Source: Rhodospirillaceae bacterium
GTDB taxonomy: Bacteria; Pseudomonadota; Alphaproteobacteria; Rhodospirillales; Rhodospirillaceae
Length of the DNA stretch: 38,126 nucleotides
Direction of reading: 5' to 3'
Assembly (NCBI GenBank): GCA_016937315.1
Contig: JAFGWD010000285.1
Span: 1-38,126, forward strand
Positions 28,798 to 37,692 of this stretch are shown in pieces. Each line of letters opens with the position of its first letter. Position 1 is the first letter of the stretch. Position numbers and translations under genes: made by a program. The notes below the pieces were generated by a model. It was not told where the DNA came from, searched no databases, and worked only from the letters and a program-made list of their open reading frames with translations.

Positions 28798-29891
28798 AAA
28801 ATGCCCTGCTTTACGCAGATGACCCAGGTGGAGCAAATTATCTTGCTGCGCTTCCCGATGCGATCACCAAAGCGGGGGTGCACTCCCACTTCTTTGTCGC
28901 GCCATATTTAGAGGGCTTTGCCCGTGACCGAGGGTACAACGCCAGCCCCCTCATCCCTGATGTAGCACCTGAAACATTGCTCGCCGACATTGACCTTTTG
29001 CTTGTTGGGACATCTGACATCCGCGACTGTTATGCGCATCGCCTAACCACAGCGGCAAAAAGCATCGCTATTCCCTCCGTCGGAGTGGTTGATATGGCCG
29101 TTAATGCTGAACATCGGTTTTGTGGAACAAGTAGCGACCCCCTCCGTTACGCACCGGACTGGCTCATCCTCCCAGACAAACTAAGCGTTGATATATATAA
29201 CCACCTTGGCTTCCGAGACGACCGTATCGCCCTGTGTGGGCACCCGCACTACGACATCGTAAGAAACCGAAAGACCGAGCTACAAAACCAAAACAGGAAA
29301 CGCCTCAGGGATAAAGTTTTCCCCGCAGCACCAACAAACCGCCCAATCTGGCTATTTCTGGCAGAAGGCAGAGATGTCCTGAATCCACATTTAAATTTCC
29401 GCACCGATGATTACACACTCCACGGACGGGGTGACAGTAACTTTCGTGCCTGTATCCTGCTTGAAGAAGTCGTCGATATAGGGCGGACTTTCACACCTCA
29501 GCCTTGGATTGCACTACGACCGCACCCCAAAAGTGATCTACAGGACTTTGCCCCCATCCTGGCGGATGTTGATAATATCAACCAGGGGGGAGATCCTCTT
29601 GAGGCCATATGGTCCGCAGACCTAATCATCGGAATGGCAACCATGCTGCTGATGGAAACCCTTTTGCTCGGAAGACCCCACGTAGGGATACTGCCCCGCG
29701 TTGCTGAGACCTACCAACTGGTAACACTACAGGCGGGCGTATCTCCCGTTGCCACGACACAGGCCGACTTGCGGCACCTTCTTACCTCACCTCCAGCCAT
29801 AAATAAAAGCGCCGCAGACTCTCTTCTGCCTCCTGGCGCACTAAACCGTGTCATTGCGATCATAAAGACAATATTGTCTCTGCCCAATTAA
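28794..29891 (+). CDS. Hypothetical protein with GT-B-like features (possible ulosonate transferase)
   Basis: DPGGAN near the N-terminus, CGHPHYD, LRPHPK, ADLIIGMATMLLMETLLLGRP resemble the C-terminal nucleotide-binding domain of TagF/NeuC/LpxB-like GT-B proteins. Confidence 0.55.
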   Translation: MKNALLYADDPGGANYLAALPDAITKAGVHSHFFVAPYLEGFARDRGYNASPLIPDVAPETLLADIDLLLVGTSDIRDCYAHRLTTAAKSIAIPSVGVVDMAVNAEHRFCGTSSDPLRYAPDWLILPDKLSVDIYNHLGFRDDRIALCGHPHYDIVRNRKTELQNQNRKRLRDKVFPAAPTNRPIWLFLAEGRDVLNPHLNFRTDDYTLHGRGDSNFRACILLEEVVDIGRTFTPQPWIALRPHPKSDLQDFAPILADVDNINQGGDPLEAIWSADLIIGMATMLLMETLLLGRPHVGILPRVAETYQLVTLQAGVSPVATTQADLRHLLTSPPAINKSAADSLLPPGALNRVIAIIKTILSLPN

Positions 29892-29904
29892 GAGAAGTTA
29901 CCTG

Positions 29905-31563
29905 ATGCCAAAGTCCCCTCTCGCAGCACGCCGCAGCGTTTTTCTGGCTAAGCTCAAACACGTGGCCAAAAGTGCCTATGCACGGCATCTGGATGCCAGA
30001 AATTGCGGGACAAAAGAGTATCGATCACAACGTAAGGCCGTTGAGGAAAAGATTGCGTCCATACCCCGCGAGAACAAGACAGAGGAAACAACGGGGGCCA
30101 TATTAATTGATGGATCTTTCGACAACCCAAACTACTGGTATCGCCTAGGCCTATGCCTCGCAGCATCTGGATTCCCCCCCAGCAATCGGATCGGCATTAT
30201 CGGCCCTTACCGAAAGGGCGCCTGTTCTGCGACGCTCCGTACTCTTGGCGTTGCCAAAATTGTCGATTTCAGCAGCCCTAAAAAATGCAGCTTCGTGCTC
30301 CTGGCCCGGAAACTGCTGCGACAATGTCAGATCCCTAGTGATATCTTAAAGTTGAAGCTTCCCGACAATTACCCTGCGGCCTCTCTCTATGACCAAATCC
30401 TAAAGCGCCAACGAACCGCCTGCGTTCGATTGGACGACGCAATGCTTGAAACCTACGTCGTCGAAACCCTGGCGGCCATTTCTGAGGCCAACAATCTTCT
30501 GTCCATTCACACGCCAAGCCTAATTCTGCTTTCTCACGCCATAACCCCCCTTGGCTCATCTCTCGCTTGGGCTGCTCAACGCCAAGGTATCGATACAATC
30601 GTTCTGTTTGGTAATTATGGAACGCCTCGCTTTTGGCGAATCCATGACTCAGAGAGCTATTTTAACAGCGTTGATCGGCCGTCTGGCACGGACATAGACG
30701 CCCTGACCGAAGGTCAAGCCAACGCTTTACTCAAAATCGGAACAACCTATTTAGAAAAACGCCTGTCTGGGCAAACGAATGACATCGCCACACAATATGC
30801 CTTCGCAAAAGGGGAACACCTAGACCGATCTGATCTTGCACAGCGTTTCGGATGGAACGATGACAAGCCTATTATTTCTGTCTACGCATCAAACTGGTTC
30901 GACTTCCCCCACAGCGTGGGCATGACTCAGTTCACCGACTTTCTGGACTGGATTAACGTTACAAAGGCTTCCGCAATCGCCAACACAAACGTCTACTGGC
31001 TTTTTCGTTCTCATCCTGTGGATAACTGGTATGGAGGCCTCACCCTCAAGGATGTGCTTCCTGATAAGATTGCCCACCATGTGCGTTTATGCCCATCAAA
31101 TTGGTCCGGAAGTGCGGTTACTGAGATTGCTGATGGGCTGATTACCTATCACGGCACCGCCGCCGTTGAATATGCGGCATTAGGCAAGCCTGCTCTGGTC
31201 GCTGATCGTGGCTGGTACCACGACTGTGGTTTCGTGGTCTGGCCACAGACGCGTGCCGACTATATTGCTGCTCTCGCTCGCCCGTGGTGGCAGGATCTGG
31301 ATATGGAAACAGCGCAACAACGAGCACGCATTTTCGCCGGGTGGTATTTCTGCGTCCCAGAATGGCAAAAAGACATGGTCCTGCCCGACGACTCACATCA
31401 AGGTGACTTGTACCAAACGTTGTTGGCTTATCTCACAAAGAAACCGGACATCATTGCACGCGAAGTTGCAGAAATTCACCAGTGGCTAAAATCAGAAACC
31501 TCTTTCTATCACACCTACAAAATGCAGAACACCAACAGCTACGGCCTCTCAAATATCGCCTAG
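29905..31563 (+). CDS. Hypothetical protein with KpsS/capsule-synthesis-like GT-B C-terminal domain
   Basis: WFDFPH, FLDWI..T, LFRSHP, LITYHGTAAVEYAALGKPALV resemble the HP and T/SxGxE-A-G-KP motifs of KpsS/LipB-type proteins. Confidence 0.6.
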   Translation: MPKSPLAARRSVFLAKLKHVAKSAYARHLDARNCGTKEYRSQRKAVEEKIASIPRENKTEETTGAILIDGSFDNPNYWYRLGLCLAASGFPPSNRIGIIGPYRKGACSATLRTLGVAKIVDFSSPKKCSFVLLARKLLRQCQIPSDILKLKLPDNYPAASLYDQILKRQRTACVRLDDAMLETYVVETLAAISEANNLLSIHTPSLILLSHAITPLGSSLAWAAQRQGIDTIVLFGNYGTPRFWRIHDSESYFNSVDRPSGTDIDALTEGQANALLKIGTTYLEKRLSGQTNDIATQYAFAKGEHLDRSDLAQRFGWNDDKPIISVYASNWFDFPHSVGMTQFTDFLDWINVTKASAIANTNVYWLFRSHPVDNWYGGLTLKDVLPDKIAHHVRLCPSNWSGSAVTEIADGLITYHGTAAVEYAALGKPALVADRGWYHDCGFVVWPQTRADYIAALARPWWQDLDMETAQQRARIFAGWYFCVPEWQKDMVLPDDSHQGDLYQTLLAYLTKKPDIIAREVAEIHQWLKSETSFYHTYKMQNTNSYGLSNIA

Positions 31564-31595
31564 TTCCTACATGCATAATTGCAGGAGAGCTTCTC

Positions 31596-32165
31596 ATGAG
31601 CCCAATCGCTTTCCTTTCGGGCACTAAAGTTACTCTGCGCCCCTTAGAGCGCAGAGACATTGACGGAGCATACCCGTCATGGCTGAACGACCAAAATAGT
31701 GATCGTTACACTGAGCATGCAATCTTCCCGCGCAATATCGACGATATCTTGCGCTACTATGAAGGGTTGCGAACTGACCGATCAATTCTGCATCTAGCAA
31801 TTATCGCCCGAGAGAACGGCCATCATGTAGGAAACGTCTCCCTCCAATCTATCGACTGGGTGTCCCGCCACGCCGAGTTTGCGATCCTGATTGGAGAAGA
31901 AGAAGCACGAGGAAAGGGCTTCGGAACTGAGGCCATACACCTGACGCTTGATCACGGATTTAACCGCCTGAATCTAAACCGTATTTGGCTAGGCGTTAAT
32001 GCCGAAAACACCACCGCCTTAACCCTATACCACCGAGCCGGCTTTAAGAAAGAAGGACTCATGCGTCAACATATCATCCGTGAAGGCCGGGCATTTGACA
32101 TGATCATAATGGGGCTTCTAGCCTCTGATTTTTATGCTCTCCGTGGAGAGAGGGTGGAGGCCTAG
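31596..32165 (+). CDS. GNAT N-acyltransferase (RimJ/RimL type)
   Basis: VTLRPLE, HVGNVSL, RGKGFGTEAI, LNLNRIWLGV, AGFKKEG; AGGAG RBS at 31583-31587 supports ATG 31596. Confidence 0.9.
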   Translation: MSPIAFLSGTKVTLRPLERRDIDGAYPSWLNDQNSDRYTEHAIFPRNIDDILRYYEGLRTDRSILHLAIIARENGHHVGNVSLQSIDWVSRHAEFAILIGEEEARGKGFGTEAIHLTLDHGFNRLNLNRIWLGVNAENTTALTLYHRAGFKKEGLMRQHIIREGRAFDMIIMGLLASDFYALRGERVEA

Positions 32166-32300
32166 GGCTTTCCATATAGAAAAGATTATTGCCCCCTTAG
32201 CCCTACTATAACGTTCAAGATCCAGCTGCCTCTTTGAAAAAAAATGTAAAAATTCCCTCCACAAATACCTGAACTATTCAGCGCCACAGGACACCGCATT

Positions 32301-34151
32301 TTGAAACGTGCCCCCTCTTCCGTTGATGTCGCAATCGGTCTAAAATTACTAACACCGTCTGAGCGACGACGCGCTGTGCTGTTGCTGATCTCGACATTCA
32401 TCAACGGCCTATTGCAGACCGTGGCATTAGCGGGCGTCCTCCCCTTCATTCAGTCGCTGATGGCCCCAGAAGCTGCCGTCAATGCGAAATGGATGGTCTG
32501 GCTACGTGCCCTTGGCATGAACGTTCCTGCAGACCGCCTGCTGAGCACGGTTGGCCTGTGCCTTCTGGCACTGATTCTGGTCAAAAACATCTATGCTTGG
32601 CTGCAAATCCGCTGGCAAAGCCGTTTTTGTGCCAACTGCGAACAACGTCTGGCTGCAGACCTTCTCCTAAATCTGCTGGGAGCATCCTATGCCTGGAACA
32701 TCCAACAGAATTCTTCAGTCCTGAGAGACATCATCATCAGCCATGTCGTACAGTGGTCGCGCGGTTTTCTACGCACCAGTCTACAACTGGCCAACGACTT
32801 CCTGTTTGCGGTTTCCGCTGTTGCTTTCCTGATTTATGCCAGCCCAAGCACCGGGACCATGATCTTCTGCGCCATGGGTGGGATTGCCATCTTGCTACAA
32901 CGCAGCCTACGCCCACACCTGCTGGCCAAGAGCCTGTCCAAACGAGAGGCCAACTATCGGGCCGGAATTCTGTGCAACGAAGCACTCGCCGGGGTCAAAG
33001 ATGTTAAAATGACCGGATCTCAGGCATTGTTCGTCAAAGGTTTCAAGTCCGTATTCTCAACCTACTCCTTCGCCGACAGTGATATACAGCAATTATCGAT
33101 CCTGCCACGTCTCTCTTTGGAAGTCCTCGGATACGGGGCTCTAATCGGCACCGCTATTGTTTTGACCTTCCGCGGCGGAGATTATAGCCAGGCAGCATCG
33201 GTACTCGCTCTTTATGGCATTGCCGCAATCCGCCTCCTCCCGGTTTTCAGCAGCGCCATCAGTAGCGCCAACAAGCTTCTTGATGCCCTGCCGCTGATTC
33301 AGGATATATACCGCATTCATACTGAAACCGCCGTTGGCGAAGGGACTGAAGCAACCAGTGCAGACCCCTTCGTTAACTGGAAAGAGATCATATTATCTGG
33401 CGTTGGCTACCGTTATGCCCCCAACAACACCTCTGCCCTGCACGAGATCACAGCCACCATAAATCGTGGCGAGAGTATTGGCATTGTTGGGCCTTCTGGA
33501 GCGGGAAAAAGCACCTTAGCCGACTTACTTTGTGCTTTGTTGGAACCCAGCGAAGGCACCCTCACCGTCGGAGAGCATGCCGTACACGGACCGGATCGAT
33601 TCACATGGCGCAACCACATTGGCTACGTCTCGCAAAGCCCCTTCCTGCTGGATGCAACGCTGCGAGAAAACATCGTCTTTAATCAACCCCAGTTTGACGA
33701 AGGTCGTCTGGCATCTGCCGTAAAAGCCGCGCATTTGGAGCAGGTCATTACACACCTGCCTGACGGGTTAGACACCCGCCTCGGCGAACGCGGTGTACGA
33801 CTGTCCGGCGGGCAACGGCAACGGGTGGCCATTGCGCGAGCACTTTACCGCAACGCCGACCTTCTCATTCTTGATGAAGCAACCAGCGCCTTAGACACTC
33901 TCAGCGAGCAGGAAGTCACCGAAGCCATCCGTCAGCTTGCTGGCACCATAACCGTTGTCGTGATTGCCCATCGCCTCGCTACAGTCAAACACTGCAACCG
34001 AATTCTGGTTGTGAAAAATGGGACTCTGATTGGAATTGGCTCACACGAAACGCTGTTAAACACGTGCCCCACTTATCTGGATATGGTGCGACAGTCAAAC
34101 CTGAGTGAGAACTCCACGTCACACCCAACAGATAACATTGGGTTGCCGTAA
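32301..34151 (+). CDS. ABC transporter permease/ATPase fusion, PglK/WlaB/MsbA-like glycolipid flippase
   Basis: TM domain with an insertion between TM1 and TM2, RLLP, Walker A GPSGAGKS, GYVSQ, signature LSGGQRQR, Walker B LILDEATS, IAHR; TTG start. Confidence 0.88.
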   Translation: MKRAPSSVDVAIGLKLLTPSERRRAVLLLISTFINGLLQTVALAGVLPFIQSLMAPEAAVNAKWMVWLRALGMNVPADRLLSTVGLCLLALILVKNIYAWLQIRWQSRFCANCEQRLAADLLLNLLGASYAWNIQQNSSVLRDIIISHVVQWSRGFLRTSLQLANDFLFAVSAVAFLIYASPSTGTMIFCAMGGIAILLQRSLRPHLLAKSLSKREANYRAGILCNEALAGVKDVKMTGSQALFVKGFKSVFSTYSFADSDIQQLSILPRLSLEVLGYGALIGTAIVLTFRGGDYSQAASVLALYGIAAIRLLPVFSSAISSANKLLDALPLIQDIYRIHTETAVGEGTEATSADPFVNWKEIILSGVGYRYAPNNTSALHEITATINRGESIGIVGPSGAGKSTLADLLCALLEPSEGTLTVGEHAVHGPDRFTWRNHIGYVSQSPFLLDATLRENIVFNQPQFDEGRLASAVKAAHLEQVITHLPDGLDTRLGERGVRLSGGQRQRVAIARALYRNADLLILDEATSALDTLSEQEVTEAIRQLAGTITVVVIAHRLATVKHCNRILVVKNGTLIGIGSHETLLNTCPTYLDMVRQSNLSENSTSHPTDNIGLP

Positions 34152-34319
34152 AATAGAAAAAACAATCTCAGATCCGATCATCTCTGGTCTGTTTTTCTCG
34201 ACAATCCCACTCGCATCGTTCAGCTTGTCCCAAACCTCATGAACCTTTGGTTTTCGGCCTTTTCCACGTCCGCACACCGCACGTTCAAAGAGGACGCATC
34301 TTTCGGAGCATTGTCCGTC

Positions 34320-35411
34320 ATGTTCAAGATCAAGGTTCTCGGCGCCGGTTCCATCGGCAATCATCTGTCCAACGCATCCCGCGCCATGGGGTGGGATGTG
34401 GACCTGTGCGACATTGATGCCGCCGCCCTCGAACGAACCCGCACCCAGATTTATCCCAGCCGCTATGGCCAATGGGATGAAGGCATTCGTCTGTTCGAAA
34501 GTAAGGACGCGCCCAAGGGGGGCTATGACCTGATCTTTATCGGCACCCCCCCAGATTGGCATGTGCCGCTGGCTCTGGAGGCGGTGAAGGAAAAACCCCG
34601 CGCCATCCTGGTGGAAAAGCCGTTCTGCACCCCGGACATGAAAGACGCGCAGGCGCTGTTCGATGCTGCTGCTGCCGCTGGCGTAGCCGTGTTTACCGGT
34701 TATGACCATGTGGTCGGCAAAGCCTCTGAAACATTTTCTGAAATCGTGACCTCTGGACGTTTAGGAACCGTCGAGACCCTCGACGTCGAATTCCGCGAAT
34801 TCTGGGGCGGAATCTTCTCTGCCCATCCGTGGTTATCGGGTCCGGGCGATACCTATCTGGGATATTGGAAACGTGGCGGCGGGGCTTCGGGGGAACATTC
34901 CCACGCCATCAATCTGTGGCAGCACTTCGCCCATGAGATCGGCGCGGGGCGCGTAACACAGGTCCAGGCCAGCATGGATTTCGTCAGCGACGGACATGTA
35001 GATTACGATAAGCTCTGCCTGCTGCACTTAACCACCGAGTCCGGTCTGGTTGGCCGGGTTGTACAAGATGTCGTCACCAACCCGCCGCGCAAGTGGGCAC
35101 GCTTGCAGGCCTCTAATGGCTATGCGGAATGGCAGTGCGGGTTCAAGCCCGGCGTGGATGCGGTGTTTGAAGGTGGCGCCCAGGGACAATCGGCGGAGCA
35201 CTTGTTCGCCAAGACCCGCCCCGATGACTTCATCCAGGAACTACGTCATATCGAAGCGGCTCTGTCCAGTGACCCGACAGAATCAAGCCTCTCCATCGCC
35301 TGCGGTCTTGAAACCATGTTGGTGGTTGCCGCCGCCCACAAATCGGTCCACGAAAATCGCACCGTTACCATTGACTACACTGCGGGATATACCGAAGCCG
35401 CATTGAAATAA
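34320..35411 (+). CDS. Gfo/Idh/MocA-family oxidoreductase
   Basis: KVLGAGSIG, IGTPPDWH, LVEKP, GGGASGEHSHAI; GGAG RBS at 34305-34308. Confidence 0.9.
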   Translation: MFKIKVLGAGSIGNHLSNASRAMGWDVDLCDIDAAALERTRTQIYPSRYGQWDEGIRLFESKDAPKGGYDLIFIGTPPDWHVPLALEAVKEKPRAILVEKPFCTPDMKDAQALFDAAAAAGVAVFTGYDHVVGKASETFSEIVTSGRLGTVETLDVEFREFWGGIFSAHPWLSGPGDTYLGYWKRGGGASGEHSHAINLWQHFAHEIGAGRVTQVQASMDFVSDGHVDYDKLCLLHLTTESGLVGRVVQDVVTNPPRKWARLQASNGYAEWQCGFKPGVDAVFEGGAQGQSAEHLFAKTRPDDFIQELRHIEAALSSDPTESSLSIACGLETMLVVAAAHKSVHENRTVTIDYTAGYTEAALK

Positions 35412-35491
35412 TCGGCCAGCCCCCCGCCTCCTTGTTTACTCGGAGTGTTGGCGCTTTCAACTTTTATGCGCCGCTCCCGAAATCGGAAAAT

Positions 35492-37036
35492 ATGGACATG
35501 AACGAGACCTTTGACTTCCAAGACGTTTTCGTTTTCGACCTTGCCAACAACCACCAGGGCAACGTCGAACATGCTCTAGCGATCATCAAAGGCATTGGCA
35601 CCGTGGTGCGAAAGCACGGAGTGCGGGGCGTCTTTAAATTCCAGTTTCGGCAGCTCGATACGTTCGTCCATCCGGCGCATCAGAAACAAAGCGATAACAA
35701 GCATATACCGCGCTTTCTGAGCACACGACTGGAACGCAAGGATTTTCAAACCCTGCTCAATGCCGTCCGGGCCGAAGGCATGCTGGCGATGAGTACGCCG
35801 TTTGACGAAGAATCCGTGGAGGTCATCACCGACATGGGTTTTGACCTGATAAAGGTCGCCAGTTGCTCGGCTAAAGACTGGCCGCTTTTGGAAAAAATTG
35901 CTGACGCCAACCTGCCGGTAATCTTTTCCACCGGGGGCTTACAATTGGGCAATATTGACGACTTGGTTAGCTTCTTCGACCATCGCGGATGCGAATTTGC
36001 TGTCATGCATTGCGTGTCTTTGTACCCGATTCCTAACGACAAATTCCATCTGGACCAGATTGACATCTTGAAGCGCCGCTACCGCAATCGTGTTATCGGC
36101 TGGTCAACCCATGAAGATCCAGCAGCGACGATCCCGGTTACCATCGCGGTGGCCAAGGGCGCACAGATGTTTGAACGCCACGTTGGAATTGCCACCAAAG
36201 ACATCGCTCTAAACGCCTATTCCTCAACACCGGAACAAGTCGATACCTGGATTGCTGCGGCTAAGACCGCCAAGGTTCTGTGCGGCTCCCATGAACGTCA
36301 GATCAATACGGCGGAAATCGCCTCTCTGGACTCCCTGCGCCGCGGCGTGTTTGCGAAAAAGCCCATCAAGAAAGGGCAACCCTTAACCCGCGATCAAGTC
36401 TATTTCGCCATGCCCTATCAGGATGGCCAGGTGGATTCCGGGCATTGGCGTTCGGGCATCGTGGCAGAAGCAGACGTCAAGACCGATGCTCCACTGATGC
36501 GCTCTGGCGTCAAGATCCCCCGCGACCCAAACTATAAGGTGATCAAAGACGCCATTCATGAGGTCAAGGCCTTACTGAACGAGGCCCGCATCACCCTGGG
36601 CTGCGAGTTCGATGTCGAATATTCCCACCACTATGGGGTGCTAAAGTTTCGGGAATTTGGCGCGGTCATCATCAACTGCATCAATCGCGAGTACTGCAAA
36701 AAGATTCTGGTGCAACTGCCCGGCCAAGTCCATCCGGCCCATTACCACAAACTGAAGGAAGAAACCTTCCAGGTCTTGTTCGGTGAACTGCGGATCACTG
36801 TCGATGGGCGTGAGCGTACGCTTCTGGCTGGTGACACCTGTCTGGTTCTACCCGGCGTCTGGCACAGTTTCCGCACTGAAACCGGCTGCGTCATTGAAGA
36901 AGTCTCCACCACCCACTTCAATAATGACTCCGTTTACAAAGACAAAGCCATCAATGCCCTAGAGCGCCACCAACGCAAAACCAAGGTCAATCACTGGGGG
37001 CGCTGGCAACTGGCTGCACAGGAAACGGAATCCTGA
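35492..37036 (+). CDS. NeuB/SpsE-family ulosonate synthase with SAF domain, fused to a C-terminal cupin (D-lyxose/D-mannose ketol-isomerase-like)
   Basis: FDLANNHQG, KFQFR, STPFDE, IKVASC, FSTGG, HCVSLYP, GWSTHE, FERHV, LRRGVFA (SAF); C-terminal NREYCKKILVQLPGQVHPAHYHKLKEETF...PGVWHSF...EEVST. Start is 35492 or 35498. Confidence 0.88.
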   Translation: MDMNETFDFQDVFVFDLANNHQGNVEHALAIIKGIGTVVRKHGVRGVFKFQFRQLDTFVHPAHQKQSDNKHIPRFLSTRLERKDFQTLLNAVRAEGMLAMSTPFDEESVEVITDMGFDLIKVASCSAKDWPLLEKIADANLPVIFSTGGLQLGNIDDLVSFFDHRGCEFAVMHCVSLYPIPNDKFHLDQIDILKRRYRNRVIGWSTHEDPAATIPVTIAVAKGAQMFERHVGIATKDIALNAYSSTPEQVDTWIAAAKTAKVLCGSHERQINTAEIASLDSLRRGVFAKKPIKKGQPLTRDQVYFAMPYQDGQVDSGHWRSGIVAEADVKTDAPLMRSGVKIPRDPNYKVIKDAIHEVKALLNEARITLGCEFDVEYSHHYGVLKFREFGAVIINCINREYCKKILVQLPGQVHPAHYHKLKEETFQVLFGELRITVDGRERTLLAGDTCLVLPGVWHSFRTETGCVIEEVSTTHFNNDSVYKDKAINALERHQRKTKVNHWGRWQLAAQETES

Positions 37037-37040
37037 TCCA

Positions 37041-37646
37041 ATGATCCGTTGTGTGGTTTTCGATTTTGACGGCACCCTGGTGCTGTCAAATGCCATCAAG
37101 CGCGACGGCTTTTTTGCCGTCGCGGCGGACTTCCCTGGCGGAACTGAAACCATGGAAGCGCTTTTAGCGTCTCCGCCCGGCGACCGGTTCGCAATATTTC
37201 GTGCTTTTGCGGCTTCTTATGGTGCAAAGCCCGATGATCTCGCGTCACAATATGGCGCATGGTGCGAAGACAAGATCCTCGCCTGTCCAGAGCGTCCCGG
37301 GGCCACAGAACTTTTGGCCTACTTGCAACAGCAAGGACTGCCGGTCTATATCAACAGCGCAACACCACAGGCTCCATTACAGTCGGTGGTTGCTAAACGC
37401 TATGGCAAAGGGGCATTTACGGGTGTTCTGGGTGGACACGGTTGCAAGGTCAGAAACCTCAACACGATCCTGAACATTGAGAACCTGAGCCCAAAAGACC
37501 TTCTGATGGTCGGTGATGGCCGTGACGACCACGACGCTGCGACCGAAATTAGCTGTAATTTTGTTGGCATAGCTGGTGGCACCTTGGCTGCCACAACCAA
37601 CCATACGCCATTGATCAGCATTCTTTCTGAACTTAGGCTCCCCTGA
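37041..37646 (+). CDS. HAD-superfamily phosphatase
   Basis: Motif I VFDFDGTL, motif II INSATP, motif III K (GCK), motif IV VGDGRDD. Confidence 0.9.
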   Translation: MIRCVVFDFDGTLVLSNAIKRDGFFAVAADFPGGTETMEALLASPPGDRFAIFRAFAASYGAKPDDLASQYGAWCEDKILACPERPGATELLAYLQQQGLPVYINSATPQAPLQSVVAKRYGKGAFTGVLGGHGCKVRNLNTILNIENLSPKDLLMVGDGRDDHDAATEISCNFVGIAGGTLAATTNHTPLISILSELRLP

Positions 37647-37692
37647 GCCAGGGAAGACACCACGACATTCATATATCACCGTGAGTTGAAAA

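Noticed and set aside
34155-34198. AGAAAAAACA...TGTTTTTCT inverted repeat after the ABC gene as a terminator
   Set aside because: The stem is A/T-rich with a poorly paired interior; cannot be supported without folding or Term-seq data.
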